From contig NZ_JADEXA010000076.1 of assembly GCF_015207365.1 (NCBI RefSeq), positions 1 through 28,524 on the forward strand: a stretch of DNA of 28,524 nucleotides, read 5' to 3'. Positions 1 to 7,873 of the stretch are shown piece by piece; within the stretch, counting starts at the first letter, position 1; each line of letters starts with the position of its first letter. This DNA is from Vacuolonema iberomarrocanum LEGE 07170. Lineage in GTDB: Bacteria; Cyanobacteriota; Cyanobacteriia; Elainellales; Elainellaceae. The position numbers and the translations under genes were made by a program. The notes beneath the pieces were generated by a model, which searched no databases, had not been told where the DNA came from, and worked only from the letters and a program-made list of their open reading frames with translations.

Positions 1-1
1 T

Positions 2-1210
2 ATCCCGCCCGCCCATTACCAACTCGCCCAACTTCCCGAATACCTCAATTTGCGGCAAGACCTCGATCGCGTCAAAAAAATAGGCAATCCCTTCTTCGAT
101 TTACATGAAGGCACTTGTCGCGACACCAGCCGCATTGATGGCAGATCCGTTATCAATTATTCCGGCTACAACTACGTCGGGATGTCTGGCGATCCAGTGG
201 TATCGCGAGCGGCAATGGAGGCGATCGCCCGCTATGGCACCTCTGTATCTGCCAGCCGAGTGGTATCAGGCGATCGCCCCATCCACCGAGAACTGGAGCG
301 AGAAATTGCCACCTTCCTGGGTACCGAAGACTGCATTGTTTACATTGGCGGACATTCCACCAACGTCACCACCATTGGACATTTGCTGGGTGCCAAGGAT
401 CTAATCCTCTGCGATGCCCTCAGCCACAATAGCGTCCGCGAAGGTTGCAACCTTTCTGGGGCAACGGTGATGGAATTCCCCCACAACGATTGGCAAGCTC
501 TAGAAGCGTTGCTGAAAGACTATCGCAGCCAGTTTGAGAAGGTGCTAATCACCGTCGAAGGCGTCTACAGCACCGATGGTGATATTCCTCCCCTCCCCGA
601 AATCGTCGCCCTCAAGCAGCAATACAAAGCGCTGCTGATAGTCGACGAAGCCCATTCCATTGGCGTGCTGGGTGCAACCGGGCGCGGCATCGGCGAACAT
701 TTTGGCATCCCGGCTCAGGCTGTAGATTTGTGGATGGGCACCTTGAGCAAGTCCTTTGCTAGTTGCGGTGGCTACATCACGGGCTGCAAAGAAATCGTGG
801 AATATCTGAAATACACCGCCCCTGGCTTTGTGTTCAGCGTTGGCATGTCTCCCGCCAATGCTGGAGCCGCACTAGCCTCCCTGAGACTCTTGCAAGCGGA
901 ACCCCAGCGAGTTGCGCAGTTGCAGGTGCGATCGCAATTCTTCCTGCAACTGGCCAAACAGCGGGGGCTGAACACTGGGATGAGCGAGGGTACCCCCGTC
1001 ATCCCCATCATCGTGGGCGAACCCCAACGCGCCGTCATTCTCGCCCATCGCCTTCTGGAACGGGGCATCAATGCCCGCCCGATGATCTACCCCTCCGTCC
1101 CCTTCAACGCCTCTCGGTTGCGCTTCTTCCTCACCAGCCTGCACAGCGAAAGCCAAATCAGCCAAACGATCGCGGCGATCGCTGAAGAGCTGCAACAAAT
1201 GGAGCGTTAA
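2..1210 (+). CDS. alpha-oxoamine synthase family PLP-dependent acyltransferase (8-amino-7-oxononanoate synthase / serine palmitoyltransferase-like); 5' end outside window
   Basis: ORF track 50..1210. Its listed start is TTG and the frame stays open back to nt 2 (..YQLAQLPEYLNLRQDL..), so the N-terminus, or further N-terminal domains, lies upstream of the window. Family motifs in the translation: YNYVGMS, GGHSTN, VDEAHSIG and the PLP-lysine box GTLSKSFASCGGY. Confidence 0.85.
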   Translation: MPPAHYQLAQLPEYLNLRQDLDRVKKIGNPFFDLHEGTCRDTSRIDGRSVINYSGYNYVGMSGDPVVSRAAMEAIARYGTSVSASRVVSGDRPIHRELEREIATFLGTEDCIVYIGGHSTNVTTIGHLLGAKDLILCDALSHNSVREGCNLSGATVMEFPHNDWQALEALLKDYRSQFEKVLITVEGVYSTDGDIPPLPEIVALKQQYKALLIVDEAHSIGVLGATGRGIGEHFGIPAQAVDLWMGTLSKSFASCGGYITGCKEIVEYLKYTAPGFVFSVGMSPANAGAALASLRLLQAEPQRVAQLQVRSQFFLQLAKQRGLNTGMSEGTPVIPIIVGEPQRAVILAHRLLERGINARPMIYPSVPFNASRLRFFLTSLHSESQISQTIAAIAEELQQMER

Positions 1211-1355
1211 ACCCCTTCCATTAAGGAGTATGGGCAGGATGTTTGAAGCTTGTCTATTGATGTTCGAGCTTACATGCTCTTGTTGCAGCAATCCTTGGCT
1301 AGAGGGAAGGTAACCACCTCAGAATCAATGGTTTTCATAGGCGGTCAGATAGAAG

Positions 1356-2051
1356 ATGCAACTCATAATGTTTGATATCGATGGCACGCTCACAGAATCA
1401 AACGACCTCGATAACCAAGCATTTTTGCAAGCATTATCTGAGTTATGGGATTTCTCAGATGTATCCGATGATTGGCGATCGTACAGCCATGTAACAGACG
1501 CCTGCATTTTCAGAGAAGTGTTCCTGCAAAAATTGGGGCGCCCTCCTTCTGCACTTGAAATAGATGACTTTCAAAAACATTTTCTGAAGCTGCTGACTGA
1601 AGGTGCCAAAGTAAATGGTGGGATTAAACCCATATCGGGAGCACTTACGCTATTGTCTGGGCTCATTCAATCTTCCAATCACGCTGTCGCTTATGCCGGA
1701 GGATCTTGGACAGCACCTGCACGCTTCAAACTGCAGTCTGCACACTTTCCTACGCAAACTATTCCATATGCCTTTTCTGATGATGATGAATCCCGTGAAG
1801 GGATTATGGCGATCGCATTAGCTAGAGCTGAAAGATATTACGATCAGCCCTTCAGAAACGTGGTTTATGTAGGGGATGGAATTTGGGACATCCATTCAGC
1901 TCGAAAATCAGGCTATGCATTCATTGGTATTGCATCGGGTACCCAAGCGGATGTGCTATTTGCAGAGGGAGCTACCCATATTTTTCCAAACTATGAGGAT
2001 TCTGAGAGGTTTCTTGCAGCCTTGGCAATAACTGTCAATCCCAACCGTTGA
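1356..2051 (+). CDS. HAD-superfamily hydrolase (phosphatase-like)
   Basis: N-terminal MFDIDGTLTES (DxDGT motif I) and C-terminal VYVGDGIWDI (GDxxxD motif). ATG at 1356; alternative ATG at 1368. Confidence 0.8.
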   Translation: MQLIMFDIDGTLTESNDLDNQAFLQALSELWDFSDVSDDWRSYSHVTDACIFREVFLQKLGRPPSALEIDDFQKHFLKLLTEGAKVNGGIKPISGALTLLSGLIQSSNHAVAYAGGSWTAPARFKLQSAHFPTQTIPYAFSDDDESREGIMAIALARAERYYDQPFRNVVYVGDGIWDIHSARKSGYAFIGIASGTQADVLFAEGATHIFPNYEDSERFLAALAITVNPNR

Positions 2052-2110
2052 AGCGTTTCCTGTTAGAGGATAGAGATAATGACAGGCGGTACAGTCATAT
2101 TTGTGATGTG

Positions 2111-2617
2111 ATGCTATCTGGAACGATGAACTGCACCATTCGATCGCTCACACCAGACGATGAAGCGTTTCTCTGGGAAATGCTGTACCAGGCATTGCAT
2201 GTTCCTGAAGGGCATCCGGCTCTGCCGCGTGAAATTGTTCAACATCCTGAGCTGGCACGCTATGTCCAGGATTGGGGACGTGAAGGCGATTGTGGTTTTC
2301 TGGCCAAAGATGCAACGACCGATCAACCCATCGGTGCCCTATGGTTGCGCTCATTGATTGGCACGAACAAAGGGTATGGCTATGTGGATGACGAAACGGT
2401 TGAGCTGAGCATTTCCCTACTCCCAGACTATCGGGGGCAAGGTATTGGCACTCAGCTCCTCACTCACTTGTTTGCATCGGAGTGCGGGCGATCGCCCATC
2501 TCACTCAGCGTGTCAGCAGACAATCCAGCCATGCATCTCTATGAGCGTTTTGGATTTGAGGTTGTCAGCCGAAGCGACGATTCACTCACGATGAAACGAC
2601 GCCAACAGCTTGCTTGA
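2111..2617 (+). CDS. GNAT family N-acetyltransferase
   Basis: Acetyl-CoA motif YRGQGIGTQLL, then LYERFGFEV. The ORF-track start at 2048 is a TTG overlapping the HAD stop (TTGA). ATGs at 2111 and 2126 (MNCTIRSLTPDDEAF..) look like more typical GNAT N-termini, so the start is uncertain. Confidence 0.75.
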   Translation: MLSGTMNCTIRSLTPDDEAFLWEMLYQALHVPEGHPALPREIVQHPELARYVQDWGREGDCGFLAKDATTDQPIGALWLRSLIGTNKGYGYVDDETVELSISLLPDYRGQGIGTQLLTHLFASECGRSPISLSVSADNPAMHLYERFGFEVVSRSDDSLTMKRRQQLA

Positions 2618-2650
2618 AAGGTTGATGTCTCATGCGTAGAAGCCGGGAGA

Positions 2651-3160
2651 TTACGCGGCACTCAAGCTGGCAAAAATATCCTGCACAATGCGCTGGGCTT
2701 TTTCATCCAGGCGATTCCAGTCCACATCCCCCGCTTCATCAAGCAAGCTGGTATCGACCTCAACGGCCACATTTTCTCCCTGGCTGAGCAGTGGATGATA
2801 GTTTTTGAAGCAAATTTGATAGCATACCTGCCATAAGTCCACCGTGACAGCGTTGCTGCCCTCTTTTTCTAGGCACAGGAAATAGCCCGGCATCGGTTGG
2901 GGCAAACTTGAAAGCGCTTCTTCCAGGCCGTTTGCTTCTTCAGGGGCAGCGGTTTTTAGTTGCGCTTGTAGCGTTTCGATGCGCTCCCGCAGTTCTCCCG
3001 GAATCTCCTCTGGCCAAACTACCTCCTCCTGGTAGCTTCCTTCCCAGGGCGATCGCTCCAGTTCCTTACGAATATTGTCAATCAATCGAATGAAGACGGG
3101 CTGCATCAAGATTTCTGCCTGTCTCCATGCGGTGGGATCGGAAATTTGGGGGCGAGCCAT
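2651..3160 (-). CDS. hypothetical protein (acidic, soluble; family not recognised)
   Basis: Clean 169-aa ORF with an ATG start preceded by AAGGAAG. Codon composition is host-like. No motif I can name. Confidence 0.6.
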   Translation of the reverse strand: MARPQISDPTAWRQAEILMQPVFIRLIDNIRKELERSPWEGSYQEEVVWPEEIPGELRERIETLQAQLKTAAPEEANGLEEALSSLPQPMPGYFLCLEKEGSNAVTVDLWQVCYQICFKNYHPLLSQGENVAVEVDTSLLDEAGDVDWNRLDEKAQRIVQDIFASLSAA

Positions 3161-3334
3161 AGCTTCCTTTCATCATCTGCGACACAGCATCCTCCTAATG
3201 TCTATCATCTCCACCTTGCCGGTTGAAACGCAGCTCGCGATTTGACACCAAAGTTAATCCCAGTCGCTCGTCTGAAAAAAGGGAATGATTTTGGTTTTGG
3301 GTTATGCAGACAGCATCCGCACAACCCAAACTCA

Positions 3335-3802
3335 CTATGGGCAGGTGGTTCCAACAATAGTCGGCGGCACGCCCGAAGTATCTTTGCATAGAATCGATTC
3401 GGTTGTGCCCCTGGCAAGCCAAACGCGACCACTGTAGGCCGCGATGCTACTCATGACTGGCGTTGCTGTGGTCTGCACACCCAAACCACTAGGTTCTGGG
3501 ACCGATGCATAGTTGTAAAAATCGGTATTCGCTCGAACGCTAATTTCCAGATCTGCAAGATCCGCAAAGATCAAATATTCCATGTGATACGCTTGCTGCG
3601 CTCGATTGATCGCTCCAATATAGGTTTCGGCTTCCGTTTGACGCGCCTTATTGGCTTGCCTGAGGAAAGAAGGCAGCGCCATGGCTGACAAAATTCCGAT
3701 CACAAAAAGGACAACCAGCAATTCGATGAGCGTAAACCCTTTTTGCGATGCCATCTGGCGACGGGAGGAAAGCAGAAAAGCCAGGTGAAGTTTGGAAAAC
3801 AT
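3335..3802 (-). CDS. type IV pilin-like protein (prepilin with N-terminal methylation/cleavage motif)
   Basis: Class III signal sequence ..QKG/FTLIELLVVLFVIGILSAMALPSF.. (G-FTLIELL with Glu5) and a C-terminal Cys pair region. The ORF track extends to 3889. ATGs at 3802 (22-aa leader) or 3754 (6-aa leader) fit a prepilin better. Confidence 0.8.
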   Translation of the reverse strand: MFSKLHLAFLLSSRRQMASQKGFTLIELLVVLFVIGILSAMALPSFLRQANKARQTEAETYIGAINRAQQAYHMEYLIFADLADLEISVRANTDFYNYASVPEPSGLGVQTTATPVMSSIAAYSGRVWLARGTTESILCKDTSGVPPTIVGTTCP

Positions 3803-3807
3803 GGTGA

Positions 3808-3816
3808 GGGGGGGGG
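3808..3816 (-). repeat. homopolymeric C9 tract (G9 on + strand) 5 nt upstream of the pilin ATG at 3802
   Basis: Read directly: ..catggtga-ggggggggg-aagacg.. on the + strand. Confidence 0.9.
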
Positions 3817-4030
3817 AAGACGTATAGACGGTTGCATCTAATTCCGTCTTCCGGATATTTCTTTTTTGACCGGATTTCTCCTGGTACAATCACCGAATTC
3901 CGCAGAATCTTCAAATTTAGTCGCGAGGAGAGAGAAATATTTAAAGTTCTGGTGAAGTCGCTTTACAGCTTGAAATCCTTCTGCAACTGCTCCAGAGTCT
4001 ACGTAACCTTGTGGGTTGCACAATCCAAGG

Positions 4031-4081
4031 ATGATTTTTTCTGAGCAGGGGCGTACCACGCATCTGCTCAGAAAAAATCAT
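4031..4081. repeat. perfect 18-bp inverted repeat (ATGATTTTTTCTGAGCAG / CTGCTCAGAAAAAATCAT) with 15-nt loop
   Basis: Read directly. Lies in the divergent pilin / malic-enzyme intergenic region. Confidence 0.85.
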
Positions 4082-4125
4082 TTCCTCAATCAGCAATGCC
4101 TAAACTTGCGTCATCCTGAGTGGTT

Positions 4126-4164
4126 TTGTTGATGGTGTGACCATGTCGCGGCCACACCATCAAC
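4126..4164. repeat. 13-bp inverted repeat (TGTTGATGGTGTG / CACACCATCAACA) with 13-nt loop
   Basis: Read directly, 45 nt downstream of the previous hairpin. Confidence 0.8.
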
Positions 4165-4357
4165 AGAATTCAGTTCGTCAGATTACATTTGCAATAGGGC
4201 GGCATGGGTAGTGTGGGAAAGAGATTGAACGGTAAGATTGGAAATCTGTGCAAATTTTCAGCAAAGAGGGTAATAGTCGACCTGCGATCGCCCGTCCCAG
4301 CTCAACCATTGCCCCAATCCTAGCTATAAACCCTACATCCACAAGTCGAGACAATTT

Positions 4358-5749
4358 ATGGTGAATCTGACCCCAAACCCCAGCTTCAGCCTGACCGTAC
4401 GGGTACAACTATCCAACCGGGTCGGAACGCTGGGCATTCTTACGCAGGCCATTGGCATGGCGGGGGGAAACATTGGTCAGATTGATGTGGTGGAGCAGAA
4501 TCGCAAAACCCTGGTGCGGGACCTGACCATCGACGCTTCCAGCACGGAGCAAGCCGAGACCATCGTACAAGCGATCAAAACGGTACAAGATGTGCGGGTG
4601 TTGAGCGTGTCCGATCGCACCTTCGATTTGCATCGGGGTGGCAAGATTCGTGTGCAGAGCAAAATTCCCTTGCGCCATCAGGATGACCTGGCCATGGCTT
4701 ACACTCCCGGTGTCGCGCGGATCTGTCGGGCGATCGCCGAAGATCCCAACAAAGTTCATACCCTGACGATGAAAAGCAACACTGTGGCGATCGTCACCGA
4801 TGGCAGTGCCGTACTGGGGTTGGGCAACTTAGGGCCGGCTGGGGCACTACCTGTGATGGAAGGAAAAGCCATGCTCTTTCGGGAGTTTGCCGATATCAAT
4901 GCCTTTCCTATTTGCCTCGACACCCAAGACACCGAGGCCATTGTGAAAACGGTGAAAAATCTGGCTCCGGTATTTGGCGGCGTCAACCTGGAAGACATTA
5001 GTGCTCCCCGATGCTTTGAAATCGAGCGCCGATTGCAACAGGAGTTGCAAATTCCCATTTTTCACGATGACCAGCATGGTACGGCAGTGGTATCCTTGGC
5101 CGCCTTGCTAAACGCACTGCGGTTAGTGAAAAAGTCGATGGATACGGTGCGGATTGTCATCAACGGTGCCGGAGCTGCCGGGGTGGCGATCGCCCGTCTC
5201 CTCCGCAAAGCTGGAGCGACCCAAATCCTGATGTGTGACTCGCGGGGCATCATCAGCCGCGATCGCACCAACCTGACCTTCGAGAAGCAGGAGTTTGCCA
5301 TCGAAGAGAGCGGTAGCCTTGCCGATGCCATGCAGAATAGTGATGTGTTTCTGGGCGTTAGCGTTCCCGATGTCGTAACGGTAGAGATGGTGAAATCAAT
5401 GGCAGACGCTCCCATCGTGTTTGCGATGGCCAATCCTATCCCCGAGATCCAACCCGAGCTGATCTGCGATTGCGTGGCGGTAATGGCGACAGGCCGCAGC
5501 GACTATGCCAACCAAATCAACAACGTGCTGGCCTTTCCCGGCATTTTCCGGGGCGCACTGGACTGCCGCGCGACCAACATGACGACCAAGATGTATCTGG
5601 AAGCCGCTGGGGCGATCGCCTCCCTCGTCAAGTCCACCGAACTCGATGCTGAGCACATCATTCCCTCGGTTTTTGACCCTCGTGTTGTGCCCGCCGTTTC
5701 CGCTGCGGTGCAATATGCAGCTCGCCAAGATGGCGTCGCTGAATGTTAA
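4358..5749 (+). CDS. me: NAD(P)-dependent malic enzyme with N-terminal ACT domain
   Basis: ACT-like N-terminus (LTVRVQLSNRVGTLGILTQAIGMAGGNIGQIDVV), then malic-enzyme motifs AYTPGV, VTDGSAVLGLGNLG, FGGVNLEDI, FHDDQHGTA, INGAGAAG, FAMANPIPE, NNVLAFPGIFRGAL. The 463-aa length matches the cyanobacterial short malic enzyme. Confidence 0.95.
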   Translation: MVNLTPNPSFSLTVRVQLSNRVGTLGILTQAIGMAGGNIGQIDVVEQNRKTLVRDLTIDASSTEQAETIVQAIKTVQDVRVLSVSDRTFDLHRGGKIRVQSKIPLRHQDDLAMAYTPGVARICRAIAEDPNKVHTLTMKSNTVAIVTDGSAVLGLGNLGPAGALPVMEGKAMLFREFADINAFPICLDTQDTEAIVKTVKNLAPVFGGVNLEDISAPRCFEIERRLQQELQIPIFHDDQHGTAVVSLAALLNALRLVKKSMDTVRIVINGAGAAGVAIARLLRKAGATQILMCDSRGIISRDRTNLTFEKQEFAIEESGSLADAMQNSDVFLGVSVPDVVTVEMVKSMADAPIVFAMANPIPEIQPELICDCVAVMATGRSDYANQINNVLAFPGIFRGALDCRATNMTTKMYLEAAGAIASLVKSTELDAEHIIPSVFDPRVVPAVSAAVQYAARQDGVAEC

Positions 5750-5776
5750 TCCCAATTCTATGCAAGCCAAAATCAC

Positions 5777-5821
5777 ATCATTGTTTAAAATCTTTGCGGC
5801 GCAAGGGTTTTAAACAATGAT
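5777..5821 (+). terminator. 45-nt palindromic stem-loop between convergent genes (member of a repeat family, see 28273..28321)
   Basis: ATCATTGTTTAAAATCTTTGC-GGC-GCAAGGGTTTTAAACAATGAT. It is fully paired on the + strand if two G-U pairs are allowed. It starts 28 nt after the malic enzyme stop. Confidence 0.55.
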
Positions 5822-5863
5822 TTGGAATGGGTTCTTGGCGAATTGATATAAGTCGGTTGTTGG

Positions 5864-6121
5864 TCAGGGTTGCTGCTCTTCGTCCGGCAAGCGATCTTCC
5901 TCCTGTCGCTGCACATATAGACTGGTGCCCGGAATCCGCCCTGACCAATAGAGATAGAGGAAGTAAACACTTGCCCCGACCTGAATGGGCAAAAGTATTC
6001 CCAAACTCTTCCACAAAAAATTCACATCCAGCGTATGAAAAGCATGGGTGTACAGCGCACTGCCACCAATGATCAAAAGCGCCAGCATCACCCGTCTGGG
6101 TTTACGAAGAAAAGAAGCCAC
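5864..6121 (-). CDS. small two-helix membrane protein, hypothetical
   Basis: 85-aa ORF with two hydrophobic stretches (VMLALLIIGGSALY, ILLPIQVGASVYFLYLYW) and an acidic tail. The start at 6121 is GTG; an in-frame ATG is at 6088. Confidence 0.45.
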   Translation of the reverse strand: MASFLRKPRRVMLALLIIGGSALYTHAFHTLDVNFLWKSLGILLPIQVGASVYFLYLYWSGRIPGTSLYVQRQEEDRLPDEEQQP

Positions 6122-6153
6122 AGAACCTCACCAGAACGGCCTACGTTATCTCT

Positions 6154-6264
6154 CTGAGTACAGGACAAAAACCAGATAATTCTTGATTTTGGGTGGCACG
6201 GGTATTGCCTGCGCCACCCAAAATCAAGAATTTTAGCAAGGTTTTATTTTTGTCCTGTACTTAG
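6154..6264. mobile_element. 111-bp MITE-like element with 18-bp terminal inverted repeats and 9-bp target-site duplication
   Basis: TIRs are CTGAGTACAGGACAAAAA (6154-6171) and TTTTTGTCCTGTACTTAG (6247-6264), matching at 17/18 positions. The direct repeat GTTATCTCT flanks the element at 6145-6153 and 6265-6273. An internal perfect 20-bp inverted repeat is AATTCTTGATTTTGGGTGGC (6178-6197) / GCCACCCAAAATCAAGAATT (6213-6232). Confidence 0.65.
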
Positions 6265-6734
6265 GTTATCTCTATTGCATGAACTCAACTAGGGTTTAAG
6301 GCGATCGAGCGACTATACGCAACAAACGCAGCAGCAATAGCAACAAGAAACTAATTGTAAATATTCATATTAATTTTTATATCTTTTATCTTGACTATTT
6401 AGTAATTATCTTGAGTCTCTTGGTCTAAGATTTGACGCCTATTAAATAATTAAGATTCCGTTGTAGGGCAAAGGCTTAAATGATTAGATCAAGTAAACCC
6501 AAGAGCGCTCGCTTGTCTAGGTCTCCTTATGTCATTGATTTTGCATAAATTTCAGTTGACATAACGAAAAAAGGGTGCAAGCCGAAAGATTTTTTTTAGA
6601 TTCTTTAGACATCATTTCTGATTACAATACCCTGTGCTACGATCAGTCCAGATTTAGTTTCGGTTGTGTAATTCGTTTTTCAGAAACGTCTCTCCGAACT
6701 TAACTCTCTACAATATGTTTTCGGAGAATCTCTA

Positions 6735-7040
6735 ATGTCGATTTACGTTGGCAACTTGTCCTACAGTGTCACACAAGATGACCTGACCGAGACGTTTGCC
6801 GAATATGGTACGGTCAAGCGTGTGCAACTTCCCACCGATCGCGAAACCGGTCGGATGCGTGGTTTTGCCTTTGTCGAAATGGCAACGGAAGAAGAGGAAA
6901 CAGCGGCGATTGACGCGCTCGATGGAGCAGAGTGGATGGGACGTGACCTCAAGGTCAACAAAGCCCGCCCTCGTGAAGATCGACGTTCCTCTGGCGGCGG
7001 TGGTTGGCAGGGTAGAGGAGGTTCTTCTCGGCGGTTCTAA
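6735..7040 (+). CDS. rbp: RRM-type RNA-binding protein with Gly-rich C-terminus (cyanobacterial Rbp class)
   Basis: RNP2 IYVGNL and RNP1 RGFAFVEM, with a C-terminal SSGGGGWQGRGGSS tail. ATG is preceded by GGAGA. Confidence 0.95.
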   Translation: MSIYVGNLSYSVTQDDLTETFAEYGTVKRVQLPTDRETGRMRGFAFVEMATEEEETAAIDALDGAEWMGRDLKVNKARPREDRRSSGGGGWQGRGGSSRRF

Positions 7041-7158
7041 GGCAATCCACACTCGGCTCTAGCCGAGCACGTTTATAGTCAAAGGGGGCGAACATTTCTT
7101 CTCAGTAAGTGATTTTCGCCTCACCTCTTCGATCAATTCAAATATATAAGGAGACAAC

Positions 7159-7347
7159 ATGGCTCAAGTCATTCCTGGTGAAGGTGAAGGAATTGAGTCA
7201 ACGTTGCGCCGCTTTAAGCGAGAAGTTTCTAAGGCGGGGATTTTTCCTGACATGAGAAAAAATCGCCATTTTGAGACTCCCATTGAAAAGCGTAAGCGTA
7301 AGGCGATCGCTAAGCAAAAGCAGCGCAAAAGAAGGTTTCGCAACTAG
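7159..7347 (+). CDS. rpsU: 30S ribosomal protein S21
   Basis: 62-aa basic protein: ..[33 protein letters not shown]... AAGGAG lies 6 nt upstream of the ATG. The rbp-rpsU linkage is a known cyanobacterial arrangement. Confidence 0.95.
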   Translation: MAQVIPGEGEGIESTLRRFKREVSKAGIFPDMRKNRHFETPIEKRKRKAIAKQKQRKRRFRN

Positions 7348-7349
7348 TG

Positions 7350-7378
7350 AAGTGCTTGGCTAATTCAGCCAAGCACTT
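7350..7378 (+). terminator. stem-loop directly after the rpsU stop
   Basis: AAGTGCTTGGCT-aattc-AGCCAAGCACTT, a 12-bp perfect stem. The following tract is only weakly T-rich. Confidence 0.55.
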
Positions 7379-7564
7379 TAGCATTCAGGCGATTTCTAAA
7401 GGCATCCCAAAGCATCACAAGTCGGAACATCGTAGTTCAACTATGTGTTATCTCCACCGTTTTGGAGACGCCTAAGGATATCGTCTTTGATTCTTGTAAA
7501 ACTTGCTTGACCGTAAATCGCTTCCCATTTCTCCCTCCAACCCATTACTCCTACCTAAAACCTG

Positions 7565-7864
7565 ATGAATACCAAAGAGCTTTGTAGCCGTTATGCAGCC
7601 GGTCAAAGGGATTTTAGAAACCTGAATCTGATTGCAGCAAACTTGAGAAACCTCAATCTAAGTGGTGCAAACTTCAGTGGATCTAACTTGACCAAAGCGA
7701 ATCTCACCCGAACCAATCTAAGCCGTGCTAATTTGACTGGGGCTGTATTAGCAGGAGCAAATCTGACCGAAACAAACTTGCTTCAAGCTAATCTAACCAA
7801 CGCAGATTTGAGCGAAACGAATCTGGCCGATGCTCGTACTAAAGGTGTTCGGCAAGCAGGTTAG
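7565..7864 (+). CDS. pentapeptide repeat protein
   Basis: Continuous A(D/N)LxX repeats: NLSGANFSGSNLTKANLTRTNLSRANLTGAVLAGANLTETNLLQANLTNADLSETNL. Confidence 0.85.
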   Translation: MNTKELCSRYAAGQRDFRNLNLIAANLRNLNLSGANFSGSNLTKANLTRTNLSRANLTGAVLAGANLTETNLLQANLTNADLSETNLADARTKGVRQAG

Positions 7865-7873
7865 TTAGGCTGA

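Noticed and set aside
3195-3432. Two 75-aa minus-strand ORFs overlapping the pilin 3' end
   Set aside because: They are in alternative frames to the pilin C-terminus or in the downstream spacer and have no supporting features.
3832-4059. 70-aa plus-strand and 73-aa minus-strand ORFs in the pilin / malic-enzyme intergenic region
   Set aside because: They overlap each other on opposite strands, have no RBS or recognisable motifs, and run into the 4031-4081 hairpin. I cannot support coding. A non-coding transcript remains possible (see the finding at 4031-4164).
6300-6734. Very AT-rich 435-bp region upstream of rbp, considered as a possible ncRNA or riboswitch
   Set aside because: I could not recognise any known riboswitch or RNA-family core by eye. 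Long AT-rich, cold-responsive 5' leaders are already known for cyanobacterial rbp genes, so this is most simply promoter plus 5' UTR.
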